Below, piece after piece: positions 20,608 to 31,249 of a DNA stretch of 64,000 nucleotides. The DNA comes from an uncultured Spirochaetota bacterium (lineage in GTDB: Bacteria > Spirochaetota > Spirochaetia > SZUA-6 > Fen-1364), in assembly GCA_963820525.1 (NCBI GenBank), contig CAWGAA010000001.1, forward strand, positions 1,440,001 to 1,504,000, given 5' to 3'. Within the stretch, counting starts at the first letter, position 1, and the number at the start of each line of letters is the position of its first letter. The position numbers and the translations under genes are program-made. The notes under the pieces were generated by a model. That model saw only the letters and a list, made by a program, of their open reading frames with translations, was not told the DNA's origin and made no database searches.

Positions 20608-22044
20608 ATGGCTGAAAGCCGACCCCCGGCCCCGTCGGATCGACCGAGCAAGTGGGCTGTCTTCGCCATCGTGGCGATCGGGGTTTTCATGGGCACCCTC
20701 GACGCCTCCATCGTCAACATCAGCCTGCCCTCAATCGCCCGCGACTTTCACGTTCCGCTGAACGGCGCCATCGAATGGGTGGTGATCGCCTACCTCGTCT
20801 CCACGGCGGCATTCCTCCTCAGCTCCGGCCGGCTCGCCGACATGGTGGGTCGAAAGCCGATATGGATGGCGGGCCTAGTGATCTTCACGGCAAGCTCGGC
20901 GCTGTGCGGGGCCGCCTCCTCGCTGGCAATGCTCAACGCGGCACGCGCCCTGCAGGGCGTTGGAGGGGCGCTCCTGTTCTCCACGAGCCCCGCTCTGCTC
21001 ACGGCGGCCTTTCCGCCGGCCGAGCGCGGCCGGGCTCTCGGGCTGAACGCGGTGGTCGTGGCCCTGGGCACGAGCATCGGCCCCACCGTGGGGGGGATCA
21101 TCACGGCATCCCTCTCATGGCGCTGGATATTTACCATCAACGTGCCGATCGGAGCTCTCGGAATCATCCTCACCACCCACATTCTGCGGGAGAGGCCTGA
21201 AACGCGCCCGGCCCGCTTCGACCCCCTGGGCGCCGTCCTCCTGGCTGTCGGCCTGGCCTTCGTCATCGCCGCGCTTTCCTTCGGCACCGAGCTGGGTTTC
21301 CTCTCTCCCTTCATCCTGAGCGCCGGCGCCGTCGGGCTCGCCGCCCTGGCCGTCCTTCCGCTTGTCGAGAAGCGCGTTGCCCATCCTATAATCGATCTGT
21401 CCCTGCTTTCGGACCGCGTATTCCTTTCCGCCAATCTCAGCCTGGTGTTGAGCTTCCTCTCGCTGTTCGCCGTGAGCTTCATCATGCCCTTCTACCTGGA
21501 GCAGCTTCGAGGGTTCCCCACACAGACGGCGGGGCTCCTCCTCACGCCCCTGCCCCTCACCATCGCCCTTTTCGCTCCGATAAGCGGCTGGATCGCGGAC
21601 CGGACGGGAAACACGCGATGGCTTGCTTCCTCGCGATTGCTCGTGGCGTGCATCGGGCTCGTGCTGGTGGGGATGCTGAAGGCCGACAGCACTCCGGCGG
21701 ATATCGTCCTGCGCCTGTTCGTCGTCGGGCTCGGCCAGGCCCTTTTTCAATCGCCGAACAACAGCGCGCTTCTCGGCTCGGCGCCGCCTCATGCGCGCGG
21801 AGTCGCCTCGGGTTTCCTTGCGACGGGACGGGTGATCGGGCAGAGCCTCAGCGTTGCGATCGCGGGAGCGGTGTTCACGACAATGGGGGGAGCTGTGGCC
21901 GGCCTAGCCCTTCAATCCGACGCAGGCGACACCGCGGCGCTCCAGGGAGTGTTTCTTTCCGGCTTTCGATCCGCCCTATTTCTGTGCGCGGGAATCGCCG
22001 TGATCGGGGCGTTCGCTTCGCTCATCCGAGGGAAAGAGGCATAG
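20608..22044 (+). CDS. MFS efflux transporter, DHA2 (EmrB/QacA-like)
   Basis: LDASIVNISLP, GRLADMVGRK motif A, WRWIFTINVPIG, about 14 TM segments. Confidence 0.92.
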   Translation: MAESRPPAPSDRPSKWAVFAIVAIGVFMGTLDASIVNISLPSIARDFHVPLNGAIEWVVIAYLVSTAAFLLSSGRLADMVGRKPIWMAGLVIFTASSALCGAASSLAMLNAARALQGVGGALLFSTSPALLTAAFPPAERGRALGLNAVVVALGTSIGPTVGGIITASLSWRWIFTINVPIGALGIILTTHILRERPETRPARFDPLGAVLLAVGLAFVIAALSFGTELGFLSPFILSAGAVGLAALAVLPLVEKRVAHPIIDLSLLSDRVFLSANLSLVLSFLSLFAVSFIMPFYLEQLRGFPTQTAGLLLTPLPLTIALFAPISGWIADRTGNTRWLASSRLLVACIGLVLVGMLKADSTPADIVLRLFVVGLGQALFQSPNNSALLGSAPPHARGVASGFLATGRVIGQSLSVAIAGAVFTTMGGAVAGLALQSDAGDTAALQGVFLSGFRSALFLCAGIAVIGAFASLIRGKEA

Positions 22045-22110
22045 GGCGGCCCCATCAGGCCGTGCTCAAGCCCGCCGCCAAGCGCCCGACGCCGGGCGTC
22101 GAGGCCGCGC

Positions 22111-22620
22111 TCAGCTTATCCTGTAGAGGTAGACGTCCCCCCGCATCCTTTCGGCGCGTATCGAGGGGAAACGCCAGTGATGGGAAACAACCCGGGCTCC
22201 GGGGGCGAGCTCCCTCTTCAGCTTGGCCTCCAGCCGCCCCATGACGAATCCGACCTGGAACGTGGTGACGAGGTGGTAGGGCGAGAGGTCGGCGCGCCAG
22301 AAGCTTCCCCAGTGGATGAACGCCTTTCCCCAGAGGCCGGCCTGGCGGATGTTCTTTCGGGAGATGAAGACCAGGATGGGATTGATCTCGTAGCCATGCG
22401 CCTCGGCTCCCTTCTGGGCAAGCGCGATCACCACCCTGCCGTCTCCCGAGCCGAGGTCCGCCGCCTTTTCCCCGGGGGACACTCCGGCGAGCTCCGCCAT
22501 GACGAGCGTCGTGTCGGGGGTGCTCGGGTCGTAGATGGCTCCGCGCCCGAGGGGAAAAAAGACGAAGAAGACGAGATAGATGACCACAATGACAAAAGCG
22601 AGCCAGATTATCGTTGCCAT
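22111..22620 (-). CDS. Membrane-anchored class I SAM methyltransferase (FAM173/aKMT-like)
   Basis: N-terminal TM helix, [10 protein letters not shown] motif [22 protein letters not shown]. Confidence 0.8.
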   Translation of the reverse strand: MATIIWLAFVIVVIYLVFFVFFPLGRGAIYDPSTPDTTLVMAELAGVSPGEKAADLGSGDGRVVIALAQKGAEAHGYEINPILVFISRKNIRQAGLWGKAFIHWGSFWRADLSPYHLVTTFQVGFVMGRLEAKLKRELAPGARVVSHHWRFPSIRAERMRGDVYLYRIS

Positions 22621-22655
22621 CGAACACCCATCTTACCAGGATTTGGAGGTGAACG

Positions 22656-23615
22656 CTACCGAGGGATTTTTATCCGCCCGTTCTCGATGAGCCATTGGAG
22701 GGATTCCCCCACTGCTTCCAGCGAGCCGTAGCGGGGCTGGTAATCGAGAGCCCGCCGCGCCTTCTCAATGCTGCAGCAGGGGCTGTGGGCGATGTGATCC
22801 CACGTTGCGGCCGCGTCCTCAGGCGATACGCCCGAACGCCATGAGTCCCACGGCAGATACGACAATTCCGCCTCCCGGCCGAACCAGCGCGCCACGCTTT
22901 CGGCGTAGCCGCGCAGCGTAACGGCTGCGGCGGAGGTGACGTGGAAGCTTTCGCCGATCGCTTGCGCCCTGTTTTCCATGGCGCGGCAGAAGGCCTGGGC
23001 CACGTCGTCGGCGTGCACGTGATGGACGGTCTCCAGCCCCAGGTTGGGGAGGGCGAGCTTTCTCCCGCCGGCAAGAGCCTCGAACACGGCCGGATTGAAA
23101 TTGCCCGCGGGGTTCAGGGGAACCCAGCCGCGGCCCACAATGTGGCCGGGATGAAGGATGGTGGCGGGAAACCCCGTGGCCCTGGCCGTGGCGAGCAGCC
23201 ACGCCTCGATGGCCGCCTTCTGGATTCCATACTCGCCGAAGGGCCTTCTCGGAGCAGCCTCCGTGGTGGGGACAACGGTGCCGGGTCCGTGGACCCAGAT
23301 CGTTCCGCAGAAAAGGTACTGGCCGACTTTTCCCGACAGCGCCTCCACGATCTGCCGTACGCTCGCCACGGTGAAGCACACCAGATCGATCACCGCATCA
23401 CCGCCAAGCGACACAATCCTCCCGCCGAACGTCCCCGCGGCCTCCTCGGGCAGCCGGTCGGATTTCAGGCGCTTCACGTATCTCCAGATTCCCGTGTCGA
23501 AATAGGGCTCCCGTTCGCCCCTGCTGAGGCAGACGACTTCATGGCCCGCCTCCACAAGACGCGGGACCAGATACGTCCCGATGTGCCCCGTAGCCCCAAT
23601 AACGATGATCTTCAT
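22656..23615 (-). CDS. NAD-dependent epimerase/dehydratase family protein
   Basis: IGATGHIG Rossmann motif, YGIQK (YxxxK), HVHADDVA; alternative GTG start at 23621. Confidence 0.88.
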   Translation of the reverse strand: MKIIVIGATGHIGTYLVPRLVEAGHEVVCLSRGEREPYFDTGIWRYVKRLKSDRLPEEAAGTFGGRIVSLGGDAVIDLVCFTVASVRQIVEALSGKVGQYLFCGTIWVHGPGTVVPTTEAAPRRPFGEYGIQKAAIEAWLLATARATGFPATILHPGHIVGRGWVPLNPAGNFNPAVFEALAGGRKLALPNLGLETVHHVHADDVAQAFCRAMENRAQAIGESFHVTSAAAVTLRGYAESVARWFGREAELSYLPWDSWRSGVSPEDAAATWDHIAHSPCCSIEKARRALDYQPRYGSLEAVGESLQWLIENGRIKIPR

Positions 23616-23674
23616 TTTCACGAGCCCATGGATCGGTCCGCCGGGGGATTGCGGCGCGACCGTCCGATGTTCGA

Positions 23675-23899
23675 TTACCTTTTTGCCTTGCGCGCGGGGG
23701 TCTTCTTCGCGGTCTTCACCTTCTTGACTTTCCCCGCGCTCTTGGGAAGGTTCCCCGACCCTATCCTTTTCGCCTCGTCGCGGGTGAAGAACTTGCGGGT
23801 TCCTTGCTTGGTGCCCACCTTCATCCGCCAGGAATACTGCCGAACCGTCGAAATGGAAAGCCCCGTCATTCTTGCAACATCGTTTACAGAAAGCTTCAT
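23675..23899 (-). CDS. Small MerR/Xis-like HTH protein with a Lys/Ala-rich tail
   Basis: LSVNDVARMTGLSISTVRQY HTH, RKFF wing, tail GKVKKVKTAKKTPARKAKR; SD GAGGAGG. Confidence 0.72.
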   Translation of the reverse strand: MKLSVNDVARMTGLSISTVRQYSWRMKVGTKQGTRKFFTRDEAKRIGSGNLPKSAGKVKKVKTAKKTPARKAKR

Positions 23900-23923
23900 C
23901 GAGCCCTCCTCATCTATAGAGAG

Positions 23924-23952
23924 AGAATATATGAATTATTGAATTGATACAA
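23924..23952 (-). promoter_or_regulatory. Promoter TTGTAT-N17-TATTCT for the small HTH gene
   Basis: Motif in an AT-rich patch; the spacer carries a TGAATT direct repeat (23932-23937, 23940-23945). Confidence 0.5.
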
Positions 23953-23982
23953 GGAATCAAGCTACGGGCGGACGACGAGGAA

Positions 23983-25185
23983 TCAGATGGGCACGTTTGT
24001 CGGCAGGAGAATCTCGTCCGAGATGAGCGGGATCCCCCCCTCGCCCTTCCGCGCTTCCATGGGGGCGTAGGTCCGCGGCTCCGGGCCGCGGTACAGGCTC
24101 TCCGGCCTGTAGATGCGGTTTCCGTGCTCCCTCTGCTCCAGGATATGAGCAAGCCACCCCGCCGTCCGGGCCATGGTGAACACGGGGGTGAAGAGGATCT
24201 TCGGTATCCCCAGAAGCGAATAGACGGCGCCGGAGAAGAAGTCAACGTTCGGGTAGACCGGCTTGTCGCCCATCTTCGCGCGGAACTGCTTCTCGATCTC
24301 CTTAAGGATTTCGTAGTAGCGCCCGTCTCCCTTCTTCTCCGAAAGCTCCCGCAGGAACTCCTCCATAATATAGGAGCGCGGATCCTTGACCTTGTATTCG
24401 CGGTGGCCCATGCCCATAATCTTCTTTTTCTCCGCAATCGCCTTGTCCAGCCACGCGCCCACGCGGTCCTTGCTGCCGATCTCCTCCACCATCTCCATCA
24501 CCTTCTCGTTTGCCCCTCCGTGGAGGAAGCCGAACAGGGCGCCGATGGCCGCCGAGATGCTGCAGTAGCAGGTTGACAGAGTGGAGGCCACGACGCGGGC
24601 CGTGAACGTCGAGGCGTTGAACTCGTGTTCGGCGTGGAGAACGAGGCACGTGTCCATGATGCGGCCCTCATACTCCTCGGGCTCCGTGCCGCGCATCATG
24701 GTGAGGAAGTTCGCCCCGTGGGACAGGTCCATGCGGGGGGGCACGTACTCCCTGCCTTCGCGGAACCTCTGGTAAGTTGCAACGACGCTCGCCGTCTGCA
24801 CAACCTGGTGGAGGGTCTGGCGGCAGTTGCAGGTGGCCGAGTGCCAGATCCTGTGCTCGACGTAGCTTGAAAGGTACGCGATGACGGACTGGAGCAGCTG
24901 CATCGGATGGGCGTTCGGCGGAAAGCCCCTGACGATCTCCCGGATGGCCGGTGCAATGTCCCTGCTGGCCCGCATGCGCGCCCGCCATTCGGCGAGCTGC
25001 CGCGCGGTGGGAAGCTCCTCGTAAAGGAGGAGGTACGTCACCTCTTCGTAGTCCGACTTGCGCGCAAGCTCCTCGATCGAGTAGCCCCGGTAGTACAGCT
25101 TTCCCTTCTGGCCGTCTATTCGGCAGATCGTCGTCTCGTCCGCGATGACCCCTTCAAGGCCTTTCGAGTAGGTTCCCTCCATCAT
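23983..25185 (-). CDS. gltA: Citrate synthase
   Basis: KGLEGV, LYYRGY, HAEHEFNASTF, LHGGAN, MGMGHR, YPNVDF. Confidence 0.9.
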   Translation of the reverse strand: MMEGTYSKGLEGVIADETTICRIDGQKGKLYYRGYSIEELARKSDYEEVTYLLLYEELPTARQLAEWRARMRASRDIAPAIREIVRGFPPNAHPMQLLQSVIAYLSSYVEHRIWHSATCNCRQTLHQVVQTASVVATYQRFREGREYVPPRMDLSHGANFLTMMRGTEPEEYEGRIMDTCLVLHAEHEFNASTFTARVVASTLSTCYCSISAAIGALFGFLHGGANEKVMEMVEEIGSKDRVGAWLDKAIAEKKKIMGMGHREYKVKDPRSYIMEEFLRELSEKKGDGRYYEILKEIEKQFRAKMGDKPVYPNVDFFSGAVYSLLGIPKILFTPVFTMARTAGWLAHILEQREHGNRIYRPESLYRGPEPRTYAPMEARKGEGGIPLISDEILLPTNVPI

Positions 25186-25345
25186 ACGGTGCCTCCATTG
25201 TTCCGTCGCTGTCTCAAATGTACATATAACCGTGAAGCTGCGGCCCGAATGCGACGGCAGCGAGGAAACGCCGCGGGCTCACACGCTAGCGTTCTCCCTC
25301 CAGCAAGCGCGGCGGGCTTGCGCTCGGGACGGCAGGCGTTTGAAC

Positions 25346-26818
25346 CTACAGGGAGCGCCGCGGGCTCACGGCGGCCCGCTCAGCGCCCGCGGTGTTCTTG
25401 CGCTGGGGAGGCGCGTTTATCGGTCTTCCCCCCGCGGCGAGAGCCGCCTCCCGGACAACTTCGGGAAGGGAGGGATGGGCATGGACGATGCGCGCGATGT
25501 CCTCGCTCGCGCCGCCGAACGCCATGACGGCGACCGCCTCCGCTATCAGGTCCGAAGCAAAGGGCCCCACGATATGGACTCCCAGGAGCCTGTCCGTTTC
25601 GGCGTCCGCAAGCACCTTCACGAAGCCTTCCGGCTTGTCGAGAGCCAGGGCCCTCGCGTTGGCCCGAAAGACGAACGATCCGGAGACGAAGGGACGTCCC
25701 CCCTTCCGAAGCTCGTCCTCGGTCCGCCCCACGAACGCGGCCTCGGGCGAGGTGTACACCACCGATGGGATGGTGGCGTAATCCACCTGGCCCGCGAGAC
25801 CGGCGATGATTTCAGCCGCCGCGATCCCCTCGTCTTCCGCCTTGTGGGCGAGCATGGGGCCGTGAACGAGGTCCCCGATCGCGTAGATCCCCGCCACGCT
25901 GGTCTGGAGACGCTCATCCACCACGACGCGCCCGGCGGCGTCCCGCTGCACGCCGATCTGCTCCAGCCCGAGCCCCTCGGCGTACGGCTTCCTGCCCACG
26001 GCGACCAGCACTACGTCTCCCTCGAAGCTCATCTCTCCCCCCCGGGGATCACGCGCCATGAGGGTTACTCCGCTCTTGGCGGACCGGGCGCCGGAAACCG
26101 AGGTTGAGGTATGGATGACGAGCCCCTGGCGAACAAGAAGCCTCTGCAGGGTCTGCGAGACCTGGGAGTCCCAGCCAGGAAGAATCTGGGACATGAGCTC
26201 GATCACCGTCACCGCCGAGCCGAGCCTCCTCCAGACGCTTCCCATCTCAAGCCCGATGGCGCCGGCTCCGATTACCAGGAGCCTCTTGGGCACCGTCGGG
26301 AACGACAGCGCTTCGGTGGAGCTGACGATGCGCTTTCCGTCGAAGGGCAGGAAGGGAAGCTCCGTCGGAACGCTCCCCGTGGCGAGGATGAACGATGCCG
26401 CATCGAGTGTGGCGCCGGCTCCCTCTTCCACGGAGATCTCCACGCGCGTGGAGGAAAGGAGGCGGGCCGTCCCGTGAAACACCGCGATCCCGTTTTCCCG
26501 CATCAACAGGCTCACCCCATTGGTGAAGGTGCCGACGATCCCCTGCTTTCGTGTCATCATCGCGCCGAGGTCCAGGCCCACCGATCCGGCGCGGATGCCG
26601 TGGGGGGCAAGCCCTTCCCGCGCCGTGACGTACAGCTCGCTCGAGTCGAGGAGCGCCTTGGAGGGAATGCAGCCGATGTTGAGGCACGTGCCGCCGAGCG
26701 CGGCCTCCTTCTCCACGATGGCGGTCGACAGGCCGAGCTGCGCCGCGCGGATGGCCGCCACGTAGCCCCCGGGGCCGCTTCCGATGACAACCACGTCGAA
26801 CCGGTCGCTCTTCGGCAT
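25346..26818 (-). CDS. lpdA: Dihydrolipoyl dehydrogenase (E3)
   Basis: GSGPGG, GGTCLNIGCIPSK, GAGAIG, HAHP. Confidence 0.95.
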   Translation of the reverse strand: MPKSDRFDVVVIGSGPGGYVAAIRAAQLGLSTAIVEKEAALGGTCLNIGCIPSKALLDSSELYVTAREGLAPHGIRAGSVGLDLGAMMTRKQGIVGTFTNGVSLLMRENGIAVFHGTARLLSSTRVEISVEEGAGATLDAASFILATGSVPTELPFLPFDGKRIVSSTEALSFPTVPKRLLVIGAGAIGLEMGSVWRRLGSAVTVIELMSQILPGWDSQVSQTLQRLLVRQGLVIHTSTSVSGARSAKSGVTLMARDPRGGEMSFEGDVVLVAVGRKPYAEGLGLEQIGVQRDAAGRVVVDERLQTSVAGIYAIGDLVHGPMLAHKAEDEGIAAAEIIAGLAGQVDYATIPSVVYTSPEAAFVGRTEDELRKGGRPFVSGSFVFRANARALALDKPEGFVKVLADAETDRLLGVHIVGPFASDLIAEAVAVMAFGGASEDIARIVHAHPSLPEVVREAALAAGGRPINAPPQRKNTAGAERAAVSPRRSL

Positions 26819-26821
26819 CGG

Positions 26822-28369
26822 CTACACCTCCAGGAGGAGACGGTCGGGATCTTCCACAAGCTCCTTCACGCGGCGAAGGAATGTCACCGCGTCCCGTCCG
26901 TCTATGAGCCTGTGGTCGTAGGTGAGCGCCACGTACATCATTGGCTTGATGACGATTCGCTCGTCACCCTTCGCCCTGTCTCCGGCCGCCATGGGCCGGC
27001 GCTGGATCGCGTGCATTCCCAGGATGGCCGTCTGCGGGTAGTTGGGAAGGGGCGTGGAAAGCAGTGAGCCGAACACCCCGCCGTTGGTGATCGTGAAGGT
27101 GCCCCCCGAAAGCTCATCGGGGAGGATCTTCCTTTCCCGCGCCCGCACCGCGATATCGGCCGTGATGGTTTCGAGCTCCGCGAGGCTCTTGTCGTCCGCG
27201 TCGCGGATGACGGGCACCAGGAGGCCGCGCTCGGTGGAGACGGCCACGCCGATATGGCAGGAATCGTTGTAGACCACCTCGTCTCCCTCGATCATCGCGT
27301 TGACCTCGGGAAGCTCCCTCAGCGCCAGGCAGCATGCCTTGACGAAGAACGACATGAAGCCGAGCTTCACCCCATGATCGCGCTCGAACTCATCGCGGTA
27401 GCGGCTTCGAAGGTCCATCACCTTCTCCATGTCGACCTCGTTGAAAGTGGTGAGGTAGGCCGTGTTCCGCTGGGCCTCCACAAGGCGCTCCGCGATGCGC
27501 TTCCTGATGGTAGAGAGGGGCACGCGCCTGCGGCCGGCTGCGCCCGGGGCCGCCTGCCTGCCCGCGGAGGGCGCTCTGGGCGCTGCCTGCCCGCCCGGAG
27601 CCTGCCGGCCCGTGGAAGGCGCGCCGGAAGCTTGGGACGCGGCGGATGGACCCGGGGCTTGGGGGCCGGCGGGCATTCCTGGGGCCGCTTGCGCGCCGGG
27701 GGCTTGGGGGCCGGCAGCTCTGTCTGCAGCTTCCCAGCCCAGCTCCTTGCTCCGGGGCGCCTGCCCGCCGGATACCCTGCCGCCGTTTCCGCCGGTGGCG
27801 CCGCGCCGCTTTCGGGCCGCGGCATTCACGGCGTCCTCCTTGGTGATGCGGCCGCCGCGGCCGGTGCCGGAGATCTCCTCGGCTGAGAGGCCGGCCTCTT
27901 CGGCGACGCGGCGGGCGGCAGGAGAGAGTGCGGGCTGCGCTTGCCCGAGGTCGGGCTCGGGCGCGGCGGGAGCGCGGCCTCCAGGGGGCTTTTGTTGCGG
28001 CGCGCGCTCTTGACGTGAGGGAACTTCGGGTACGCGCGCTTGAGGCGGCGGCACTTCAGGTGCGGGCTCCGGCGCGACGGCCGGAGCATCGGGGCGCGCT
28101 GGAGACGGCGGAGGGACGGAGACTCCCGCGCGGACATCCGTATCGATGAAACCGACCGACGCGCCGATCGCTATCTCGGTCCCTGCCGCCACATCGATGG
28201 AAAGGGCCCCCGAGGCGGGAGAGGGCACCGTCACGGTTGCCTTGTCGGTCTCGAGCTCGAAGAGGTCGCTGCCCTCCTCCACGTAGTCTCCCTGCGCCGA
28301 AAGCCAGGCGCTGAGGATACCCCGCGTCACCGACTCTCCGACTGATGGGACTTTAATCTCCTGCTTCAC
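26822..28369 (-). CDS. sucB: 2-oxoglutarate dehydrogenase E2 (dihydrolipoyl succinyltransferase)
   Basis: Lipoyl motif ETDKA, E3-binding [33 protein letters not shown]. Confidence 0.93.
   Translation of the reverse strand: MKQEIKVPSVGESVTRGILSAWLSAQGDYVEEGSDLFELETDKATVTVPSPASGALSIDVAAGTEIAIGASVGFIDTDVRAGVSVPPPSPARPDAPAVAPEPAPEVPPPQARVPEVPSRQERAPQQKPPGGRAPAAPEPDLGQAQPALSPAARRVAEEAGLSAEEISGTGRGGRITKEDAVNAAARKRRGATGGNGGRVSGGQAPRSKELGWEAADRAAGPQAPGAQAAPGMPAGPQAPGPSAASQASGAPSTGRQAPGGQAAPRAPSAGRQAAPGAAGRRRVPLSTIRKRIAERLVEAQRNTAYLTTFNEVDMEKVMDLRSRYRDEFERDHGVKLGFMSFFVKACCLALRELPEVNAMIEGDEVVYNDSCHIGVAVSTERGLLVPVIRDADDKSLAELETITADIAVRARERKILPDELSGGTFTITNGGVFGSLLSTPLPNYPQTAILGMHAIQRRPMAAGDRAKGDERIVIKPMMYVALTYDHRLIDGRDAVTFLRRVKELVEDPDRLLLEV
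27530..27720 (-). repeat. Degenerate tandem repeat encoding a Pro/Ala/Gly/Gln linker in E2
   Basis: GGGGCTTGGGGGCCGGC occurs twice; peptide units GPQAPG / GRQAPG. Confidence 0.6.
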
Positions 28370-28380
28370 TTTCTCTCCCC

Positions 28381-31245
28381 TCAGGCGACGCTGTGCCTTC
28401 GGCGCCCCCTCGCGGCCGGCTCTTCCACGGCCGTCTCCTTCGCCGGACGCGCCTCCGGCAGCGCCGACGCCAGTATCTCGGCCTGCTCCCTCTGGTGCCG
28501 TGAATGGGACCCGGTGGCGGGGCTTGCGCTTTCCTCACGGCCGGTGTACTGGAGCTGGATGCCCTCGAAGAAGCGCTGGAAACGGTCCTTGACGAATACC
28601 CACGCCCCGCGGTTTCTCGGCTCCTCCTGAACCCATGCGACGCTTTCCACCCCGCGGCAGGAGTCGAGGATGCGGGCCAGGTCGTCCCGCGGGAACGGAT
28701 ACAGCTGCTCAAGCCGCACGATGGCGGTCTCGCCGCCCTTGATCTCATCCCGGCGGGCGGCGAGGTCGTAGTAGATCTTTCCGCTGCAGAAAAGCAGCCG
28801 ACGGGGATTCTCCGGCCGGCGCGGGTCGTCGAGCACCTCGCTGAACGACCCCTCGGAAAGCTCCTTCAGCGTCGAGACCGCCATGGGGTGGCGCAGCAGG
28901 CTCTTGGGCGTCATGACGATCAAGGGCTTCCTGAAGCTGCGCTTCACCTGCCGGCGCAGGAGGTGGAAGTATTGGGCGGGCGTGGAGCAGTTGACAACCT
29001 GCATGTTGTCGTCCGCGCACTGCATAAGGTAGCGCTCGAGATGGGCGCTGGAGTGCTCGGGCCCCTGGCCCTCGTAGCCGTGGGGCAGGAGCAGCACCAC
29101 CCCGCTCACCGTCCCCCACTTCGCCTCTCCGGCGGCCACGTAGTTGTCGATGATCACCTGCGCCCCGTTGGCGAAGTCCCCGAACTGCGCCTCCCACATC
29201 GCCAGGGCGTCCGGCATGCCCAGCGAGTAGCCGTACTCGAAGCCGAGGATGGAGTACTCGGTGAGAGGGCTGTCGTAGACGAGGAACTGGGACTGGCCGG
29301 GAGCCAGGTTGGCAAGCGGCGTATACGCCGAAGGGAGCGAGGTCTCCGTGTCCCACCAGATCAGATGCCTCTGGGAGAAGGTTCCCCGCGCGCTGTCCTG
29401 GCCGCTCAAGCGCACCGGTATTCCTTCCAGGGCAAGGGAGCCGAAGGCGAGCGCCTCGGCGAAGGCCCAATCCAGCGTTCCGTCCCTGGCCAGGCGCGCC
29501 GTCTTCTCGTCGAGGATCCGTTTCAGCTTGGCGTGGATGTGAAATCCCGGCGGCGGAGAAGTGATCTTTTCCGCGATCGTGCCGAGGGTCTCCTCGGAAG
29601 GCCCCGGGATCTTTTCTTCCCAGCGGTAGGTATTGGAGCTTTCCGGCCGGCTCCCGTTGCTTGCGCCGGCCGCCTGCGCCGCCCCTCCTGCCGAGGCAGG
29701 CGCTTGAACCGCCCGCGAGGCCTCGAGGGCGGAACGGAGGGAAGAGCGCCACTCGCGCCGCAGCTTTTCCGCGTCTTCCTTGCTCGCGATGCCCGCCTCC
29801 CGGCAGCGCTCCGCGTACAGCATGGCCTGGCTCTTCTTCTTCTCGATGATCTTGTACATGAGGGGGTGGGTGAAGGAGGGGTCGTCACCCTCGTTATGGC
29901 CGTACTTGCGGTAGCAGAAGATGTCGACCACCACGTCGCGCCCGAATGTCTGGCGGTAGCGAAGGGCGAGGTCCATCGTGTAGACCACGGCCTCCGGATC
30001 GTCGCCGTTCACGTGCAGGATGGGCACGGGAAGCATCTTTGCCACGTCGGTGGGGAAGAAGGTGGAGCGCGCGTCGCGCATGGATGTGGTGAACCCGATC
30101 TGGTTGTTGATGATGACGTGGATGGTGCCGCCGGTCTTGTACCCGCTCAGGGTGGAGAGGTTGAAGGTCTCCGCCACGACACCCTGGCCCGAGAAGGCCG
30201 CATCGCCGTGGAGGAGAATGGGCACGATGCGCTTCCTCTCCGTGTCCCCCTTCACCTTCTGGAGGGCGCGCGCCATCCCTTCCACGATGGGGTCCACGGA
30301 TTCGAGGTGGCTGGGATTGGCCACCAGGTTCACCCGCACCCGGCTGCCGTCGGGGCGGACATGATCCGTGATGTAGCCGAGGTGGTACTTCACGTCACCG
30401 CTTCCACCGTAGTCTCCCGGGGTCTCGTGGCCTTCGAACTCATTGAAAAGCTCGGCCAGGGGCTTGTTGAGGATCCGGTTGAGCACCGTGAGGCGGCCCC
30501 GATGGCTCATGCCCATGACGATCTGGCGGATGCCCAGCTCATGGGCGCTCTCCACGACGTGGTGCAGGGCGGGAATCACCACCTCGGCCCCTTCCAGCGA
30601 GAACCGCTTCTGCCCGATGAACGCCGTATGCATGAAATGCTCGAACTCTTCGGCGCGGATGAGATCTTCCAGGATCCCCTTCTTCTTCTGCGCATCGAAG
30701 GAGGGCTGGTTTCTGACCGCCTCCATACGCTGGATGAGCCACCGGCGGATCGGCTTGTTCTGGATATGGAGAAACTCCACCCCCACGGTGGAGCAGTAGG
30801 TCTCGCGCAGGGCCTTGACGATCTCGGAGAGCTTCATCCGGGACGGCTGCAGGGCGCGGCCGGCGGAGAACTCGGTCTCCAGGTCGGACTCGGACAGCCC
30901 GTACTCCTCCAGGGTGAGCTGCTCGTAGGTATGGGCGGGCTGGGCATAGTAGTTTCGCTGCTCCCCTTCGGCCGGAGAGAGCGGGTTCAGCCGCGCGTAC
31001 AGGTAGCCCACGTCGCGGTAGCCCCACACGAGGCTGTCCACCCGGCTCTGCTTGTACACGAGGTCCGAGGAGACAAGCCCGTCGCCGCCCGCCGTGGAAA
31101 CGCTCTCGACGAGGCGCCGCGCGCTTTCCTGGTCGCGGAAGAGCTCGGCCCACGAGGCATCCACGGAGTCCTTGTCGGTTTTCCAGGTCTCGTACAGCTC
31201 CTCGATGTACTGGAGATTCGCGGCCGAAAGCAAAGATCCATCCAT
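28381..31245 (-). CDS. sucA: 2-oxoglutarate dehydrogenase E1
   Basis: [54 protein letters not shown]. Confidence 0.96.
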   Translation of the reverse strand: MDGSLLSAANLQYIEELYETWKTDKDSVDASWAELFRDQESARRLVESVSTAGGDGLVSSDLVYKQSRVDSLVWGYRDVGYLYARLNPLSPAEGEQRNYYAQPAHTYEQLTLEEYGLSESDLETEFSAGRALQPSRMKLSEIVKALRETYCSTVGVEFLHIQNKPIRRWLIQRMEAVRNQPSFDAQKKKGILEDLIRAEEFEHFMHTAFIGQKRFSLEGAEVVIPALHHVVESAHELGIRQIVMGMSHRGRLTVLNRILNKPLAELFNEFEGHETPGDYGGSGDVKYHLGYITDHVRPDGSRVRVNLVANPSHLESVDPIVEGMARALQKVKGDTERKRIVPILLHGDAAFSGQGVVAETFNLSTLSGYKTGGTIHVIINNQIGFTTSMRDARSTFFPTDVAKMLPVPILHVNGDDPEAVVYTMDLALRYRQTFGRDVVVDIFCYRKYGHNEGDDPSFTHPLMYKIIEKKKSQAMLYAERCREAGIASKEDAEKLRREWRSSLRSALEASRAVQAPASAGGAAQAAGASNGSRPESSNTYRWEEKIPGPSEETLGTIAEKITSPPPGFHIHAKLKRILDEKTARLARDGTLDWAFAEALAFGSLALEGIPVRLSGQDSARGTFSQRHLIWWDTETSLPSAYTPLANLAPGQSQFLVYDSPLTEYSILGFEYGYSLGMPDALAMWEAQFGDFANGAQVIIDNYVAAGEAKWGTVSGVVLLLPHGYEGQGPEHSSAHLERYLMQCADDNMQVVNCSTPAQYFHLLRRQVKRSFRKPLIVMTPKSLLRHPMAVSTLKELSEGSFSEVLDDPRRPENPRRLLFCSGKIYYDLAARRDEIKGGETAIVRLEQLYPFPRDDLARILDSCRGVESVAWVQEEPRNRGAWVFVKDRFQRFFEGIQLQYTGREESASPATGSHSRHQREQAEILASALPEARPAKETAVEEPAARGRRRHSVA

Positions 31246-31249
31246 AATA

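Noticed and set aside
25230..25400. GCCGCGGGCTCAC direct repeat around the lpdA end
   Set aside because: Only two short GC-rich copies with no further structure I can support.
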